Shown: in pieces, positions 61,211 through 64,000 of the stretch | Layout: every line of letters begins with the position of its first letter | Numbering within the stretch: the stretch's first letter is position 1 | Source: Squalus acanthias | Lineage: Eukaryota | DNA: 64,000 nt | Direction: 5' to 3' | Assembly: GCA_030390025.1 (NCBI GenBank) | Contig: CM059432.1 | Location: 96,908,001 to 96,972,000, forward strand | The notes under the pieces: model-generated | What the model saw: only the letters and a program-made list of their open reading frames with translations | The model's database searches: none | What the model was told of the DNA's origin: nothing | Position numbers and translations under genes: made by a program

Positions 61211-62982
61211 GGGCTGGATTTTTCCAACCTCGGCTGGTCCGGGACAGGCGACGTCGGTGACATGTGGGGACCTCGTATCTGTCCCAATCCTGGCCTCCAA
61301 CAAGATATTCCGATGATGGGCCTTGTTAAGCCCGCCATGTGAGGTTTCCGGCCAATTAATAGGAAGCGGGTCTGATGATGTCATTTGATGACACGTCGTC
61401 AGCCTGTTTCCTTAAAGGGACCATGGACACATTGATTTTGACAGTTGTGCTGTCAGTGTTCTGCAGCATTGAGGTGCTGCAAACACTGACAAGCACTGCA
61501 CAAAGGTGCACGGCTGCACCCAGGCTCTCCCATGACTCCCTCTATCTGCTTATGGAGGGAGTCGCAGCACGCAGGGAGGTTCCCTTCCCTTCCAATGGGC
61601 GGAAGAGACCTCCCCAGGACACCAGCGCAGCCTGGTTGCACATTGCACAGGAGGACACAAGCAGGGGTGTCGTCAGGAGGACCAGGCTGCAGTGGCGCAA
61701 ACCTTTCAATGATCTTAGTAGATCACGAAACGTTACTGCCATGCCACACTCAACCACATCCTGCTGTGCCACTCATCACATCCCCATCACTCTGCCTGCC
61801 TTCCCTACCCTACTCCTGCACACCTTTACTCACACCAACTTACCCTGCACCTCCACCCATCCCTCTCTATCTACATTATCACTTCCCCATGTCACTAGCC
61901 ACCCTCACACTCACCCTCATCCTACTGCAAGCATACCAACTAACAACACACAAGGGTAGGCACTTGGGTGGTTTAGCTAATGTTCATGTGAAGTTTCTGG
62001 AAATGTGCTGTCAAACAGTGAAATCTTTATTTTCAACACTTTATGTTCTTGGACAGATTTGTGTGCAGCTTTGAAAGTGTCTTAGTGAGTTGCTGTAAAT
62101 GGTGAGACATAACGTCCCTCCCCCTCCCAATGGTGATGAGTGTGAAAGGAATTGCTTGGACATTGTAGAGATGCGTTATTGTGCTGGTGTGGGATGGTGC
62201 CAACCTGGTGCATCCTGTGGTAGCCAGGGGGTATAGTGTTAAGTGAAGCTAATCTGGACATGGTGAGACAATCCCTGGCCTCCCGGGCAGCAATGTGCAT
62301 GGGTGATGATGCCCTATGTCCAGTGCAGCATCAGTTGATTGCGGAGAAGATTAGTGTTGATGTTGGTGCTGCTGGTGTGCCCGGTGATGCTGGTGTTGGG
62401 GCTGATCATTTTGGGATTCTGAGGACCAAGGTGAGAGAGTATAAAGGGCACCGATGATGATGGAATAGATGGCAGGTGAGGTTGAGATGACAGAAGTAAT
62501 CTGTCAGTGTTTAGATAGGTTGTTCCAAGGAGGTGACAGTGGATGGAGAGATTACTCCAAACACTTCAAAAGTGCATAAAGCTCAAAAGTGGGTTCCAAA
62601 TACTGAAGACTGAAGCTTCTGAGATTGGAAACTGACCAGCTGTAAAATGGCAGGTTTTAAACCACTTTTGCAGCTATCACCTAATGAAATAAATGGAGAG
62701 TTGTTCAGAACCCGACATACTTACCTGGCGTGATCCCCGAGCGATGGGAACCTCTGGAACTGGTAAAATGGGGATTTAATTACTTTAAACACCCTCCTAA
62801 CAAGCACAATTGAATGACCTGCCGCTTAGTGCCGTGTCTGCAAAGCGCAGGCAGAACTGGCATTTGGGAAACTGACAAGGAGGCGGGTTCAGAACGGGAT
62901 ACTGGCCCGCTGTCAATCTTTTTGATTTTGACAGCGGACCCGCCTCCAAACCCGCCCTCTTAGCGCAGGCAAAATTCAGCCC
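61211..62982. mobile_element. Internally deleted Harbinger related to 47499-51724
   Basis: TIRs GGGCTGGATTTT / AAAATTCAGCCC; CAG TSD; Myb exon 1 remnant (+, about 61500-61730); transposase N-terminus fused to C-terminus HIAAREARD (-, about 62250-62460). Confidence 0.85.
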
Positions 62983-63069
62983 CAGGAATGTGGATGCATT
63001 GCCTCCTATGATTTCCTGTCTATTTGAAAGAACTTGAATTTATATAGTGACTTATCACATCTGCATATT

Positions 63070-63582
63070 GGCCCTGAATTTGCGGTCAGTATGACGGTGT
63101 ACTCATACTGCCTTTGAAACTGACTGCAACTTCGGGATTTGACAGAAATCCTGAAGTTGTGGTCTGTCAATAACAGCTCCGAAACTGGCTGCGGTGTGGC
63201 CACTGCCCCTCCCCGCCCCCCACCAACAGAGCCGACAATCAGTGAAATCTCATAAATCATTGAAACTGACAAAAACTTCGGCTCTTCCGCAGTAAGTATG
63301 CTGTTAAATTCCCCACTAATTGTTAGACTCAAAGGGATTAGGTGTAACTGGGGTTTTAACAACGTATTGACTGCTAAAGAAATGTTAAGGGCCTGGAAAA
63401 CTAATTTTAATTTTGTGCAGTGTGAAATTTGTCCATTTTAATAAAAAGTAAAATTTTTAGGAATCTTTTCAAAAAAATATAACTTTTTTCAAAAGTTTTT
63501 GCATCTTTATTTCAGGTTTGCCTTTTCCCCATGTGAGGACCCCAATCTTTCTTTTGCTCTCTCTAACTATTTTAAAAAGTTA
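63070..63582. mobile_element. Harbinger-type MITE (related to 51806), interrupted by the next element
   Basis: Starts GGCCCTGAATTTGCGG; GCAACTTC..GAAGTTG inverted repeat; shares AAAAACTAATTTT block with 52431. Confidence 0.6.
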
Positions 63583-64000
63583 GGGGTAAAAATTAGGTCG
63601 CGCCCCATTTGGGGCGCAAATATCGTCTGGACGCAAATATTAGCGCCTGGCGCTAATTATCGGCACTGACTGGAAACTTCACTTTTACCGCCCCGGGAGG
63701 TGAGTGGAGCGCTAAATCAGGCGCTGCACACCTGTCTTAAGGCGCAAAGGCCAAGGAGTGAGGCGCTACCTCAGAGCGCTGGCGAAGCTCATGTAATGTC
63801 AGTCAGCAATGGAACACACACACTATGGCACGGGCCAGTTCTTAAAGGGGATGGTTAATCTTGCTTTCCATCCACATCCTGTTCATTGCAGCCTTGAATC
63901 TCGGCCTGGAGAGACTTGCACATCAAATGTGCTGGAAAGAACAATGGAGAGTACCAGGCAAAGAGCTCAGAGTGCAGCTCCCACAGTCTCTGCTAAATCG
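63583..64000 (+). mobile_element. 893-bp-family Harbinger MITE running off the window end
   Basis: TTA then GGGGTAAAAATTAGGTCGCGCCCCATTTGGGGCG; interior matches the array units. Confidence 0.92.

Noticed and set aside
62717..62729. ATACTTACCTGGC matching the U1 snRNA 5' end
   Set aside because: Similarity stops after 13 nt; it is simply a reverse-strand splice-donor consensus within a Harbinger

Overview
Eukaryotic genomic DNA made almost entirely of nested transposable elements. HE1/V-SINE, HER1/CR1 LINE, Deu-domain SINE and LF-SINE-like sequences point to a cartilaginous fish (inference); no host gene could be confidently identified. Contents: several CR1/HER1 LINEs (one full-length with TSD); two Penelope-like elements plus small hammerhead-ribozyme (HHR) motifs; a near-intact two-gene PIF/Harbinger transposon with a spliced Myb/SANT gene; older Harbingers and many Harbinger MITEs; a tRNA-SINE-headed LINE; and a 3'-truncated LTR element with a 1.46-kb LTR. 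Most notable: (1) the LTR element has retrovirus-type tether plus second RNase H (lokiretrovirus/Odin-like architecture), in-frame gag-pol joined by a UGA-CUAG readthrough context, and no canonical tRNA PBS; (2) a 6 x 993-bp tandem array whose TSDs and diagnostic SNPs show it arose by unequal exchange between two neighbouring MITE insertions and then grew as a dimer; (3) a 100-bp HHR-bearing insertion with a 10-bp TSD. Coordinates were read by eye and may be off by a few bases; family names come from recognition, not database searches.
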